Positions 1 to 12,751 of a DNA stretch of 64,000 bases are shown here, piece after piece (position 1 is the first letter of the stretch; each line of letters opens with the position of its first letter). The notes beneath the pieces are model-generated. The model saw only the letters and a list, made by a program, of their open reading frames with translations, was not told the DNA's origin and searched no databases. Origin of the DNA: an uncultured Gemmatimonadales bacterium. Lineage in GTDB: Bacteria; Gemmatimonadota; Gemmatimonadetes; Gemmatimonadales; GWC2-71-9. The DNA lies in contig CAWJIM010000002.1 in the NCBI GenBank assembly GCA_963842945.1, positions 297,431 through 361,430 on the forward strand. The letters run 5' to 3'. Both the position numbers and the translations under genes were made by a program.

Positions 1-723
1 CGCCGATGCGCTGGACTGCGACTACATCGCCACCGGCCACTACGCCATCGCCCGGGACGGCGCGCTCTACCGGGGCGCGGATCCCGCCAAGGACCAGAGC
101 TACTTCCTCTGGGGGATCGACCGCCAGGTGGTCGCCCGGATGCTGACGCCGGTCGGCGAGCTGACCAAGCCAGAGACCCGGGCCTATGCCCGGCGGCTGG
201 GACTCACCACCGCGGAGAAGCAGGAGTCGGTCGAGATCTGCTTCGTTCCCAACGACGACTACGTCTCGGTGCTGGAGCGCCATCTCCCCGCCGATGCGCC
301 GGCGCTCGCTCCGGGCCCGCTGGTCACCACCGCGGGCGAGGTCATCGGCGAGCACCAGGGCTATGGCCGATACACCATCGGGCAGCGGAAGGGGTTGCCC
401 GGCGGGTTCGATCGGACCGCGCTACGTGGTGGCCATTCGCCCGGAGCGGCGTGAAGTCGTGGTGGGCGAGTGCCGAGGACCTGGCGGGGCACAGCGTAAC
501 GCTGGAGGAGTTGAACTGGCTGGCAGATCCGCTGGAGCCGGGTGAGCGCTGTCGAGGTACAGATCCGGTATCGGGCTCGCGCCGCACGTGCCGTAGTGTT
601 GGACAGGGATTCGGACCAGCTGACCCTGGCACTGGAAACCCCGGTCCGCGCCATCACGCCCGGGCCAGTCGGGCGTGCTCTACGACCGGTGACCGGGTTC
701 TGGGCGGAGGGGTCATCTCCTGA
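1..723 (+). CDS. mnmA: tRNA 2-thiouridylase MnmA, 5'-truncated at window edge, frameshifted
   Basis: Motifs IATGHYA, KDQSYFL, KQESVEICF, YTIGQRKGL, QIRYR, AITPG and C-terminal VLGGGVI spread over several frames. Confidence 0.93.
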   Translation, partial: RRCAGLRLHRHRPLRHRPGRRALPGRGSRQGPELLPLGDRPPGGRPDADAGRRADQARDPGLCPAAGTHHRGEAGVGRDLLRSQRRLRLGAGAPSPRRCAGARSGPAGHHRGRGHRRAPGLWPIHHRAAEGVARRVRSDRATWWPFARSGVKSWWASAEDLAGHSVTLEELNWLADPLEPGERCRGTDPVSGSRRTCRSVGQGFGPADPGTGNPGPRHHARASRACSTTGDRVLGGGVIS

Positions 724-732
724 GGGCGACCG

Positions 733-1148
733 CTGCCGTTCTCTCCTGCTTCACTGGATCCTGAATGCCGCCGCGCTGTGGATTGCCGCTGCCGTCGTTC
801 CCGGGCTCGACTTCAACGGAGGGCCCGGGCCGGCTACTTCTGGTGGCTGCGGTGTTCGGCATCGTCAACAGCACCCTCCGGCCCCTGCTCACCATCCTCA
901 CCTGCCCCCTGATCGTCGTCACCCTGGGCCTGTTCACCCTGGTGATCAACGCGCTGATGCTGCTGGTGACGGGATGGCTCTCGGAGAGCTGGGACCTGGG
1001 CTTTACGGTGAGCGGCTTCTGGGCGGCGTTCTTGGGCGGGCTGGTGGTGGGACTGGTGAGTATGGTTTTGTCGTTGGTGATGGCGGACGAAGGAGCCGCG
1101 AGTCAGGAGTCACGAGTCACCGAATGCGATCGGCCAGGTCGCCTCTAA
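733..1148 (+). CDS. YvlD-like 4-TM membrane protein (phage holin superfamily IV); start uncertain, frameshifted
   Basis: LLHWILNAAALW...VNSTLRPLLTILTCPLIVVTLGLFTLVINALML...VSGFWAAFLG is the typical family pattern. Confidence 0.8.
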
Positions 1149-1172
1149 GACCTCGCGGCTGGTGACTCGCGA

Positions 1173-1174
<2 letters not shown>
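1100..1174. repeat. Heptamer (GAGTCAC) tandem repeat with inverted copy
   Basis: gagtcag gagtcac gagtcac c ... ggtgactcgcgact. Confidence 0.75.
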
Positions 1175-2290
<1,116 letters not shown>

Positions 2291-2291
2291 G

Positions 2292-2935
2292 TTAGCGCTG
2301 CCCTGGTCGGAGTAGACCTGGACCCGGGCCGGGCGCACCAGCGTACCCTTGAACCGGTAGCCCGGCTGGAACGTGGCGCTCACCTGCTGCTCCTTGGACG
2401 ATCCGGGGCAGGCGCGGTGGAGACCGCCTCGTGCATCGCGGGATCGAACGGGGTCCCGACCGGGTCGATCCGCTCCACTCCGGCATCCTCCAGCTCCTTC
2501 CAGAGCTTCCGGTCCACCGCGCTGAGCCCCTCGCGCAGGGTGGCGAGAGGGGTGGCCGGGTCGCTGGCGACCAGCCGATCCAGTCGTCCAGGACATCGAG
2601 CAGCTTGGCCACGAAACTGGCCTGGGCCCGGTCGCTCAGCTCGGCTCGCTCTCGGTTGATGCGCTTGCGGTAGTTGTCGAACTCGGCCGCCAGCCGGAGA
2701 TGGCGGTCCTTCAGCTCGGCCAGTTCGTTCTCCAGCCGGGTGTCCTGCCCCCCCAGAAACTGGGGCTGGGTGTCTCGGTCCGGGACGACGGCTCCGCGCT
2801 CATATCGGTCGAGGCGATATCCCGCCCATCGGCGCTGCGGCCGGTGTCGCTCTCCGGCTCGGCCATTCCGGCAGGAGTGTCGACGGGAGGTCTGTTGCCA
2901 TCGGAATCGCGTCCAAATCCACGCTGTTTTGCCAC
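2292..2935 (-). CDS. grpE: Nucleotide exchange factor GrpE (frameshifted)
   Basis: [39 protein letters not shown] across frames; upstream of dnaJ. Confidence 0.92.
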
Positions 2936-3067
2936 TTTATACGCTCACTCTCGAGACTCACCAAAGATAACATCTAGCCCAGCTTCAAACCGTGCCATTA
3001 CTCAGCAGTATGCACCTGCGATGGCCGAGCGATGAACGGCGGTTCAACTGGAACAGTTGGAGCCGGG

Positions 3068-4328
3068 TTAACGGTAATTTCGTCGTTCGGTAGCTTCTCC
3101 CAGGAGCCGGAAGACCAGATGAGCGCCGCCTGAGCCGCCCGGGCCCGAACTTCGTGGCGGGAACCGGCAAAGCGCACGTGCCTGGCATGCACCTCCCCCT
3201 GCAACGCGCACGCGATCCAGACCGTACCCACCGGCTTCTGCTCGGTACCTCCACCAGGGCCCGCAATGCCGGTAACCGCCAGAGCAGCGTCGACTCCAAA
3301 CCGCTCGGCTGCGCCCTCCGCCATGGCGCGAGCCACCGGCTCACTCACGGCGCCGTGCTCATCCAGCAGCGCCTGCGCAACACCCAGCGCTTTTACCTTG
3401 ACCGCGTTGTCATAGGCGATCACCCCGCCGACAAAGACATCGGAGCTGCCGGGGATTTCCGTGAGACGCCCGCCCAGAAGGCCTCCGGTGCACGACTCTG
3501 CAACGGCCAGTCGGACGCTTCTCGCGCGAGCCCGCTCCAGAACCAGGGCCGCCAGATCCGTCTCACCATCGCCATAGACCGGATCCCCCGCCCGACCCCG
3601 GAGCAGCTCGACCGCCGAGCCGAGTTTCCGGTCGGCCTCATCCGGCTCAAGATTCCAGGCGCGTCAGACGGAGGTCCACGCCTTCGTAACCCGGCAGGTA
3701 GGCCAGAGTGACCGGCGCGATCTTCTCCTCAACGTCTCCCAGGCGCTCGGCCAGGGTGGACTCGGGCATTCCACTGGTCCGAAGCAGGCGGGAACGAATG
3801 ATGGCTCCCGAGGCTCTTGCCTGCAAGGCGGGGCACAACCTCGTGCTCCAGCAGCTTTCGCATCTCCTGCGGAACACCGGGCAACATGATGGTGAGACCG
3901 GGCGAGCCTTCGAGCCACAGTCCCGGAGCGGTCCCCCAGCGATTTCGGAGCACCGTGGCACCCCGGGGCACCTCAGCCTGACTCCGGTTGCTCTCGGCCG
4001 GCTTGCGCTCCAGCCGGGCAAATCGCGCCAGCAAACTGGCCCAGACACTTTCGTCGAACTCGAGCGGCGCCTGGAAGAGCTCGGCCACCACCTTCTTGGT
4101 CATGTCGTCGCGCGTGGGACCCAGGCCTCCGGTGGTGAGGACGGCCCCGGTGCGCTGCAGGGCTTCGGCCACGGCGGCGCGGATGGCGTCCGGCTGGTCG
4201 GCTACCGAAATCCGGCGGACCACCCGCACGCCATGGTCCGCCAGACGCCGCGCGATCTCGGCGCCGTTGGTATCTACGGTGAACCCCAGCAGCAGCTCGG
4301 TCCCGATGGTAACCAGCTCGATGTTCAT
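3068..4328 (-). CDS. cinA: CinA competence/damage-inducible protein (MoCF domain + PncC domain), frameshifted; 3' end approximate
   Basis: MNIELVTIGTELLLG, TTGGLGPTRDDMT, AESCTGG, GAVSEPVARAMAEG, TGIAGPGGG. Confidence 0.92.
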
Positions 4329-4348
4329 GGAGGGTCTGGAGCTAGCTC

Positions 4349-4985
4349 CTAGCTGCGTTCGGAGAAGAGTCGCCGATTGCGGTAGAGATAGAGCACAAAG
4401 GAGTAGACGGTGAGCAGCTGCCGCAACAGCCAGCGTGACCGCGACGAAGCCGCCGTGGAATTCGTTCCAGTACTGCGCGTACCGGTTGTGCTCCCAACCC
4501 ATGGGCTTCCGCGCATCGCGGAAGGCAAACCAGAGGATGATGGCGCCGACGAAGATGTTCTGGATCGTGGTCTTGAGCTTTCCCGCACCGGCTGCCGGGA
4601 TCACCACGCCTCTCCGGCTGGCCCACCAGCGGAAGACGGTCATGGCCAGTTCCCGGCCGATCAGCAGCAGGCAGACCCAGAGAGGGATGCTGCCCCAGAT
4701 CGGAATGTCGTAGAGATCGTGGCGCTGGCGGGAGATGAAGTAGATCGGGATCAGGGTGGCGAAGAGCAGAAGCTTGTCGGCGATGGGATCCAGCAGCTTG
4801 CCCAGGTCGGTGACCTCGTTCCGGCTGCGGGCGAGATGCCCGTCGTAGATGTCGCTGACCGCGGCAATGATGAAAATGATGAACGCGATGAGCTTGGGCC
4901 AGTACCCCTCGATGAACGGCAGCAGCGCGATGACCGGGGTGAAGCAGATGCGAACGAGGGTAATGATGTTGGGCAGGGTCCACAT
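4349..4985 (-). CDS. pgsA: CDP-alcohol phosphatidyltransferase (PgsA-like)
   Basis: TLPNIITLVR, SDIYDGHLAR...LGKLLDPIADK signature; one frameshift near 3' end. Confidence 0.88.
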
Positions 4986-4990
4986 GGTAC

Positions 4991-5665
<675 letters not shown>

Positions 5666-5679
5666 GGGTGCTGCTTTCC

Positions 5680-6170
5680 TCAGGCCCCGAAGAGTTTGTC
5701 GATCTCGTCTTCCGCCTCGCCCAGGAACTCCGACTCTACCCCGGGCGCGCTGGTGCCATCGCGGTTGAACATGTCGGTGAACACCTGAGTCAGCTGGACC
5801 ACCGCCGTCTTGACCCGCAGCTTGACCAGTCCCAGCGTGGTTCGGTTGTCGAACAGCACCACCAGGATGACCCGCCGGGCGATATCGGCCAGGTACATCG
5901 ACTCCCGCTCGCCCTGGTGAAACAGGGCGCCGAACTCCGACTCGCCCAGCATGCGGGCCAGCTGATCGTTGGCGCTGAAGTCGGCGGCGGTGAGCGACGC
6001 GAAGGCGGTGGGATCGAACGCCGGAGCCTCGCCGGCGGTGGCCACCATCTGGCCGGTGCGGTCGACGATCAGCGCGGTGCGCGCGTTGGATTCGCTGAGG
6101 AAGCCGCTCAGGATTGCCTGAATCTTTCGGCGTCGTCTTCCCGGAACGACCAGCTCGAAGCGCCGCTCAC
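5680..6170 (-). CDS. mglB: MglB roadblock/LC7 protein (one frameshift near 5' end)
   Basis: [40 protein letters not shown]-terminal EDEIDKLF; directly upstream of mglA. Confidence 0.92.
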
Positions 6171-6180
6171 CGGCTCGATC

Positions 6181-6451
6181 TCATGCCAGAGTCGCTTCCA
6201 TACGCCGCACGATGGCCTCGGCCCGCCGGCGGAGCATCGGCTGCCGCTCCCAGGCGAGGTAGTCCCGCAGCAGCCGGACGGTTTCCACCCCGTTCTGCCC
6301 CGCCAGAAAGCCCAGCGCGGCAAGGCGCCGGAGCGGGCGGGGGCTGAACAGATCGCGCCGATGATAGGTGAGCCGCTGCTGGGCCAGGAGCCAGCCACCG
6401 GTTACCCCAGCCACCACTCCCCCGGCGAACACCCAGCGCGCGCGACCGCAT
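6181..6451 (-). CDS. Small hypothetical protein with N-terminal hydrophobic helix and HEAT-like helices
   Basis: Fills the gap between recR and mglB; FAGGVVAGVTGGWLL then RRLAALGFL...VRLLRDYL...LRRRAEAIVRRM. Confidence 0.7.
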
Positions 6452-7042
6452 CAGCCGACGTCCTGCCGGGCAACCAGCGCGTGAGCCAGGGTGACGCCGT
6501 CGACGTATTCCAGGTCGCCACCCATGGGAAGCCCGCGCGCCAAGCCGGGTAACCCGCACGTCCATGCCGGCCAGCAGCTGCTGAATGTAGGTGGCGGTGA
6601 CCTCGCCCTCCATCGAAGGATTGGTCGCCAGAATCACCTCGCGCACCCCGCCCTCCCGCACCCGCTGCACCAGGCGGTCCAGCCGCAGTGCCTCCGGGCC
6701 GATGCCGTCCAGCGGCGACAGCTGGCCGCCGAGCACGTGGTAACGGCCCCGGAAGTCGGTCGAGCGATCGACCACGCCCACCGTCGAGGGCTCCTCCACC
6801 ACGCAGACCACTCCGGCATCTCGCCGGGGATCGCGGCAGATGGCGCAGGGCTGGTCCTCAGTGAGGTTGCCGCACTCCTCGCAGGGCCGCACCCGCTCGG
6901 TCACCGAGGCGAGGGCCGAGGCGAGGCGCTGAGCCTGTTCAGGGGATTGCTGAAGCAGATGAAAAGTGAGCCGCTGAGCCGTCTTCCGGCCGATTCCGGG
7001 AAGCCTGGCAAGTTCGGTGATCAGCTCCTCGATCGCGCTCAC
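6451..7042 (-). CDS. recR: Recombination mediator RecR
   Basis: LPGIGRKTAQR, CEECGN...CAIC zinc finger, YHVLGG, ILATNPSMEGE; frameshift near 3' end. Confidence 0.95.
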
Positions 7043-7045
7043 CGG

Positions 7046-7357
7046 TCAGAAAGGAGAGCGTAAAGGGCAGCTGAGGGCACTTTCCGCATCTCGGCCTGGA
7101 GCATCTCGGCCGCGCGGCGCTGGGCCTCGGCCACCGCGGTGAGCACCAGATCGCTGAGAAATTCGGCGTCATGATCCTTGAAATACGGCGGGATCGATCG
7201 ACACTGCGCGGACGGTGCCGCGGCCATCGGCGGTGACCTTCACCATGCCGCCGCCGGCGGAGGTCTCGATGGTGCGGGTGGCCAGCTCCGTCTGCAGCTG
7301 CTGCAGCCGGCCTTGCATCTGCTGGCCCAGCTGAAAGAGCTGCTGAAGATCTGCCAT
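7046..7357 (-). CDS. ybaB: YbaB/EbfC nucleoid-associated protein (frameshifted)
   Basis: QQMQGRLQQLQ, SAGGGMVKVTADG, LSDLVLTAVAEA; dnaX-ybaB-recR synteny. Confidence 0.9.
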
Positions 7358-7379
7358 GCTATCGGGTAATCCTGCCATG

Positions 7380-7475
7380 AGTCGGGAGTGTAGAGTCGAA
7401 CGTCTAAAGTCTGAAGTCCAGAGTCCTAGGCTTAAGGTCTGCCCCTAGAACTCGAGACTCTGGACTCTAGACCTA
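7380..7475. repeat. Degenerate heptamer (GAGTCNN) arrays in inverted orientation
   Basis: About 7 units, then agtccagagtc pairs with gactctggact. Confidence 0.75.
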
Positions 7476-7482
7476 GTCCCGC

Positions 7483-9182
7483 TCAATCCACGATCTCCAA
7501 ATCTAACGCATCGGCCGCCGTGTCGAGGGCGGGATCCTTGGACCGGAACTCCCGCAGCCGGTCGGCTTTGATGCTCGAATCGGACATCCGGCGGGGCTCG
7601 GGCCTGGGGGGCGTCCCGCTGGTCCGGATTGGCGACGAGCCGCAGGCGGATGGGCTGGCCCAGGCTTCGGCTCAGGATCTCCTCGACCTTACGCGCCTCC
7701 TGCTCAAGCCGGTCGGCAAACAACTGATTGGGCTCGCTGCATGCGCCACAGTCAGGCCAGGGCAGCACCAGGGCGACCGGCTCGACCGAGCTGCCAGGAG
7801 CTTCGCCCAGGAACCGGCTCTGGACCCGGGCGGCGACGACACGCGGGCCAGCCGGCCCGAATGGCTTCGATCGAGGGGGCCAGTTGGCGGTCGGCGGGAA
7901 GCGGGGAGCGGGGCCGCTGGAGGCGGCCCCGGCGGCCCGGATTCGCGCCTGTGGCTTGGCTGCAGCCGCTGCTGCTCTGAGCCGGTGCCGCCGCTGGCGC
8001 TCTAGCTACCCCGCTGCCCCGCGGTTCCCTGCTCCCCGCTGCCCCGCTGCCCCGCTGTCCCCTGCCAGCACCTCCTCCAGATCCACCATCCGGTCCAGCA
8101 GGCCCAGCGCAGCAGCAGCGTCTCGACCACCAGCCGGGGATTGACGCTTCGGCGGATGCCGTTCTCGTTTCGGCCAGCAAGCCGCAGCATGCGGAGCACG
8201 TCGCCCGGCTGCAAACGGCTCCGGTACTCCTCCAGCCTGGCGCGGACCGCCTCGGTGAGCCCCTCCGGCTCGGCACCCACCTGGAGCATCAGCAGGCCTC
8301 GGAGCACCTCGGCCGCCCCGGCCATGAACTCCGCCAGGTCGACCCCTGCGTCACACAGCCGGTCCACGAGCGGAAAAACCGCCGCCGGGCTCCGCTCGGC
8401 CACCAGCTGCAGCACCTCTGCGTAGAGCTCGTCATCGACCAGGCCCAGCACCTCGCGGACCCGCTCGGCCGTGACCACCCCTTCGCCAAAGCTCAGGCAC
8501 TGGTCGAGAACCGAGAGCGCGTCCCGCATGCCGCCATCGGCGTGGCGGGCGATGAGCGTGAGCGCGTCGTCCTCGGCCTGCATCTCCTCCGCCGCGAGCA
8601 CCTGCTGGAGCCGGTCCCGAATGGCCGCCGGGACCGATTCGGCGGAAATCGAACCGCTGAAGGCGGGACATCACCGGCGCTGCGGTGGCCGCGATCTTCT
8701 GGGGCTCGGTGGTGGCAAAGACGAAGACCACACCCGGAGGCGGCTCTTCCAGAATCTTCAGCAGCGCGTTCCACGCCTCGCGGGTCAGCATGTGGGCTTC
8801 GTCGACGATGTAGACCTTGTGAGTGGCCCTCCTGCGATGCGGCGTACATGGCCCGCTCCCGCAGATCGCGAGCGTCTTCCACTCCGCGGTTGCTGGCGGC
8901 GTCGATCTCGACCACGTCGAGATTGGCGGAGCCATTCCAGACCCGGAGGCAGTTCTCGCATTCGCCGCAGGGATCACCTGACGCGTCCCGCTGGGCGCAG
9001 TTGAGCGCCATGGCCAGGATGCGGGCGGCGGTGGTCTTCCCGACCCCTCGGGGACCGGTCAGGAGATACCCGTGCCCCACCCGGCCCCGGGCAACGGCGC
9101 CGCGGAGCACGGCCACGACATGGTCTTGGACCAGGAGATCGGAAAAGCGCTTGGGGCGGTATCGGCGGGCGAGGGAGATCAT
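7483..9182 (-). CDS. dnaX: DNA polymerase III gamma/tau (frameshifted)
   Basis: [44 protein letters not shown]. Confidence 0.95.
8004..8066. repeat. Octamer (CCCCGCTG) tandem repeat inside dnaX linker
   Basis: About 7 degenerate units. Confidence 0.7.
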
Positions 9183-9202
9183 ATAAGCGGGCCAAAAAGA
9201 AA

Positions 9203-9306
9203 AGTGCCTCAGGCACCCCGAAGCGACACCGGACATCGCTTAGCGCTGCTACCGGCGAGGTCCTGACGCGGTTCACGCGCCGGCGCCCTTCGGACCTGAG
9301 GCATCC
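9203..9306 (-). ncRNA. ffs: Signal recognition particle RNA (4.5S)
   Basis: Terminal stem GCCTCAGG/CCTGAGGC, domain IV GTGAACC-GCG-TCAGG-ACC...GGT-AGCAG-CGC, canonical position upstream of dnaX. Confidence 0.9.
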
Positions 9307-9308
9307 GT

Positions 9309-9314
9309 AATATA
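9309..9314 (-). promoter_or_regulatory. -10 element (TATATT) for ffs-dnaX
   Basis: TATATT just upstream of the predicted ffs 5' end. Confidence 0.5.
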
Positions 9315-9346
9315 ACCCGCCCCGAACGGGGTGGGAATCGCGACGA

Positions 9347-9877
9347 CTAGTGCTGCGGAGCGAGATTCGAGCTGTACATATCCACCACGTACTTCCAGCT
9401 GCCGTCGGGCTGCTTCTTCAGGATTTCCAGGAACTTCCCTTCGTCTGCCACGCCGGATGCCTTTGGCCTTGGGTACCGCCGTGAAGCGGTAGTGTCCCAT
9501 GTTGTAGGCCAGGTCACCCCGCCCTTCCACGATGTCGGAGTCGATCTCGAAGCGAACGGTGTAGGCCTCGAAGAATCCTCCCCAGAACGCGCGGATGGCA
9601 GCGCGGCCCTTTTGCGGCGGAAGATTGGGAGGAAGCAGAGCCGCGTTGGTGGCATACACAGCAGCAACTGAATCCGCATTGCCGGCGTTGGCAGCCGCCG
9701 CAAAGGCGGAGTCCACGGCTCGAATGGCGCCAAGATCGGCGTCGGACAGCTCAGCGGCCGAGTTTGCCGCCGGCCGAGTCGGAAGACCTTTCCCGCTGTC
9801 TTGCAGCCCGTGCCGAATGCCAACCCGACAGCCACCATCACCAGGGCACGACCCATGGGTTGCGACACGTGGACCAC
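9347..9877 (-). CDS. DUF4440/SnoaL-like (NTF2 fold) exported protein, frameshifted
   Basis: AFAAAANAGNADSVAAVYA...GDLAYNMGHY...GKFLEILKKQPDGSWKYVVDMYSS; lipobox-like AFGTGC. Confidence 0.8.
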   Translation of the reverse strand: MVHVSQPMGRALVMVAVGLAFGTGCKTAGKVFRLGRRQTRPLSCPTPILAPFEPWTPPLRRLPTPAMRIQLLLCMPPTRLCFLPIFRRKRAALPSARSGEDSSRPTPFASRSTPTSWKGGVTWPTTWDTTASRRYPRPKASGVADEGKFLEILKKQPDGSWKYVVDMYSSNLAPQH

Positions 9878-9898
9878 CTCCGAAGTGGTGAGATACGA

Positions 9899-10810
9899 TC
9901 AGCCCAGAATCGCCCGCTGGCGGTCGAGCATCTTTCTCAACTCCCAGGTCTCCGCCACGACGGCGCCCAGCAGAAACACAATGGCGGTGTAGTAGACCCA
10001 GAGAATGAACAGCACTATCGCACCCAGATTCGCGTCGCCGCCGAGCCCCTCGAACGAGGCGAAGTTGGTCAGGTACAGGGCATAGAGCCGCTTGGCCACC
10101 TCGAAGAGCAGCGCGGTGAAGGTGGCGGCGAGCAGCGCGGTTTTCCAGGGGAGCCGGCGGACCGAGGCGTAGCTGTAGGTGACGTAGAACAGGGAAACCG
10201 AGAAGCTGAAGGCGAGGAGCTCCGCCAGGTAGCGCCCAACGGTGGACACGAAGAACCCGAGCTGGGGCACGGTCTCGGTTCCGCGGGCCTCCAGAATGGC
10301 CAGCCCGGTCGTCAGCAGCGTATTCGCCAGAAACAGGATCACCGTGCCGATAACCATGGTCGCGTCGCGCAGCTTGGCCAGGAGCAACAGGGTGATCACC
10401 GCCCGGTGCGGAGTCGGGCGGAGCGAAACGTCGTAGATGTCGTTCAGTGCGGTGCGGATGCCGGCAAAGAGCCGGGTGCTGAACCAGAGGAAGGCGGGCA
10501 CCGCGTAGAGCGACAGCTCGCCCCGGTTCTCGGTGATGCCGGTCAGCAGCCGCTCGATGATGCCGAACGGATCGCGGTCCGGCAAGCGTCGAATGGGGTG
10601 GCAGGAAGCGGTGGAACAGCTCCAACGGTGTCGACTTCGGGGCCGGTGACAGCCTGGGCCAGATGGGTCAGGCCGATCAGCAAGAGCAGGATGAACGGAA
10701 CCGCGGCCAGCAGCGCGTCGAAGGTCAGTGCGCTGGCGAGAAACGGAATGTTGTCTTCATCGGCGGCTTGGAGGGTCCGGCGCAGGAAGCCGGCGGGCGA
10801 ACGGTACCAC
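9899..10810 (-). CDS. YihY/BrkB family membrane protein (frameshifted, start approximate)
   Basis: FLASALTFDALLAAVPF, RTALNDIY, LFEVAKRLY, LWVYYTAIVFLLGA. Confidence 0.85.
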
Positions 10811-10829
10811 CCGCCGGGCCTGGACCGAC

Positions 10830-11228
10830 TCAGGCGAGCGGCTCCTCGAGATCTGCCGGTGAGCGACGCCGCGCCCGGGCGTCGGCCAGGCGCCGCTCGA
10901 GCTCCTCCCGGGGCGACGGCCTGGCGCTGCGCCCGAATCGCTCCGCGCTGTCCTCTTCCTCCAGCTCGTCCTCCTCATCCTCGAGCATGCCCTGAAGGGA
11001 GTCCTTGGCGCCGCCGAACTGCTGGGTGATCTCGTCCAGCTTCTCCTCGGTCATGGCCCGGAACTTCCACAGCTTGCGCTGCAGATTGCGGCGGGTTTCC
11101 TCGCCGCTGCTCGGCGCGTATAGCAGCGCCACTCCCGCGCCCAACAGCGCACCCCAGAAGAGCCACTTGGCGGAGGAGTCGCCTCCCCGCTCGACGTACA
11201 CCACCTCGCGCTGCTGCTTGCGACGCAT
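10830..11228 (-). CDS. YtxH domain protein
   Basis: FWGALLGAGVALLYAPSSGEETR signature. Confidence 0.85.
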   Translation of the reverse strand: MRRKQQREVVYVERGGDSSAKWLFWGALLGAGVALLYAPSSGEETRRNLQRKLWKFRAMTEEKLDEITQQFGGAKDSLQGMLEDEEDELEEEDSAERFGRSARPSPREELERRLADARARRRSPADLEEPLA

Positions 11229-11237
11229 TCGAGCCTC

Positions 11238-12654
11238 CTATTCCCCGGCGTCGGGGTCGTCGGCCGCCGCAACCAGCACCGGCTTGAGCGCCGCGTGATG
11301 CTGGATGGGGGCCTGGATGAACCGGTTGACCTGATCCTGAGTTCCGTTCACGTTCAGCTGCTCGAACAGAAATGCGAACGTTTTCTCGAGGTCGCCGGCA
11401 ATTGCGCCACGGATGTCCTCGGGCAAAGACCAGAGGTCCTGCTTGAAAGGGCCGATCGCCTTCTTCCGTGCCTTGTAATAGAACTGCTCGTTGGTGTCAC
11501 CGCTCTTCCGTTCACCGGCCGCATTCTCGTCCACCCAGCTGCGCAGCCGCTGCCGCAGCTCAGCCGGGAGCCGGGGGTGATCGAAGACGATGTTCTGAAA
11601 GTTGGTCGCGAGATGGATCTCGGCGGTTTCAATCCGGGGGAAGTTGCCGAAGGCATTGGACGGGAGCGTGCTGGCGCCGTGCTGCACCGCCCCGGCAAGG
11701 CCGTACTCGCTCACGCGCCACTTCGGAGAGTGCCGCGAGCGCCTGTGAGGTCCAGCTTGACGTCGGCCATCGTGCCATCGGCCAGGACCACGCCACCATG
11801 CGAAGTGCCCGTCTGCACCGAGATCTTGCTGATGCCCACGGGATCGCCCAGGGCGGCGATCGCCTGGTTGTAGCCCTGCATGAAGGCGTGCAGCTCCTCC
11901 ACCGTGCTGTTCTTCATCCCGACTTCGCCGATCTCGGCTCCCACCGAGACCGTCATCCCCTGCGGCTCCTGTCCCGGATGAAGGCGGTGATCTCGGCGGC
12001 GCGCTCGTAGTTGAGCCGCTGCTGTTCGCTCAGCGAGGACTGGGAGAGATCCACCAGGGTAGAAGTATCTACGTCGATGTTGTAGAACCCGGCACCAACC
12101 TCCTCGGCAATCAGCTTCTTGACCTCACCGACCTCGCCGTCGGGATCGGCCTGGTACTTCTTCTGGTTGACCTGGCAGTGGTCGCCCTGAATGAAGAGCG
12201 GCAGGGTATAGCCCTCCCGCAAGGCAGCGGCAATCATGACCGAGACATACTCCGCAGGCCGCTGCTCGGTATAGGCGATCTCGGAGCGGGCAATCTCCAG
12301 AATGATGGCTCCGGCTTTGCCCGCACGCGCGGCACGAAAGATCGCCCGGGCCGTGTCGTAGGCCATCATGCGGACGTTGATGGCGGGGACGGTGAACCCA
12401 CCGCATTCGCCCCGGCCTCGGGCCAGATACAGATCATTAATGGAGGCCGGGCGGGCGCCGGTTACCTGCCCCAGCTCCCAGATGAGCCAGCGGGCTGCCT
12501 CACGGTCGTCTCCGGACCCAAAGACCGCCTGCCAGGCCAGCCGGTCGGTTGCTGGTGAGCGCAGCTTGGCCTGATCGCGGATCTTTACCCCGCCGGGGAC
12601 CAGAATCACCCCGCCTCCATACAGATCGATCACCCGCTGTGTTGCATCAGCCAT
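11238..12654 (-). CDS. Class II fructose-bisphosphate aldolase family (frameshifted)
   Basis: [42 protein letters not shown]. Confidence 0.88.
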
Positions 12655-12751
12655 GCAGGTCTATCCTCTTGAACGCAGTGTCCATGCATCTGCCAAAGGT
12701 AGGACGGGAACGGAAGACCCGCAACGCGCCGCGGGAGAGATCGCACCCTCG

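Noticed and set aside
733..1148. Prophage implied by a 'phage holin' family gene
   Set aside because: YvlD-like genes are common chromosomal genes and no other phage genes are nearby
3729..4985. PgsA-CinA fusion (418-aa ORF)
   Set aside because: pgsA has its own C-terminus and stop at 4349 in another frame and cinA has its own ATG at 4328; frameshift artefact
7380..8066. CRISPR array
   Set aside because: Units are 7-8 nt tandem repeats without unique spacers; no cas genes
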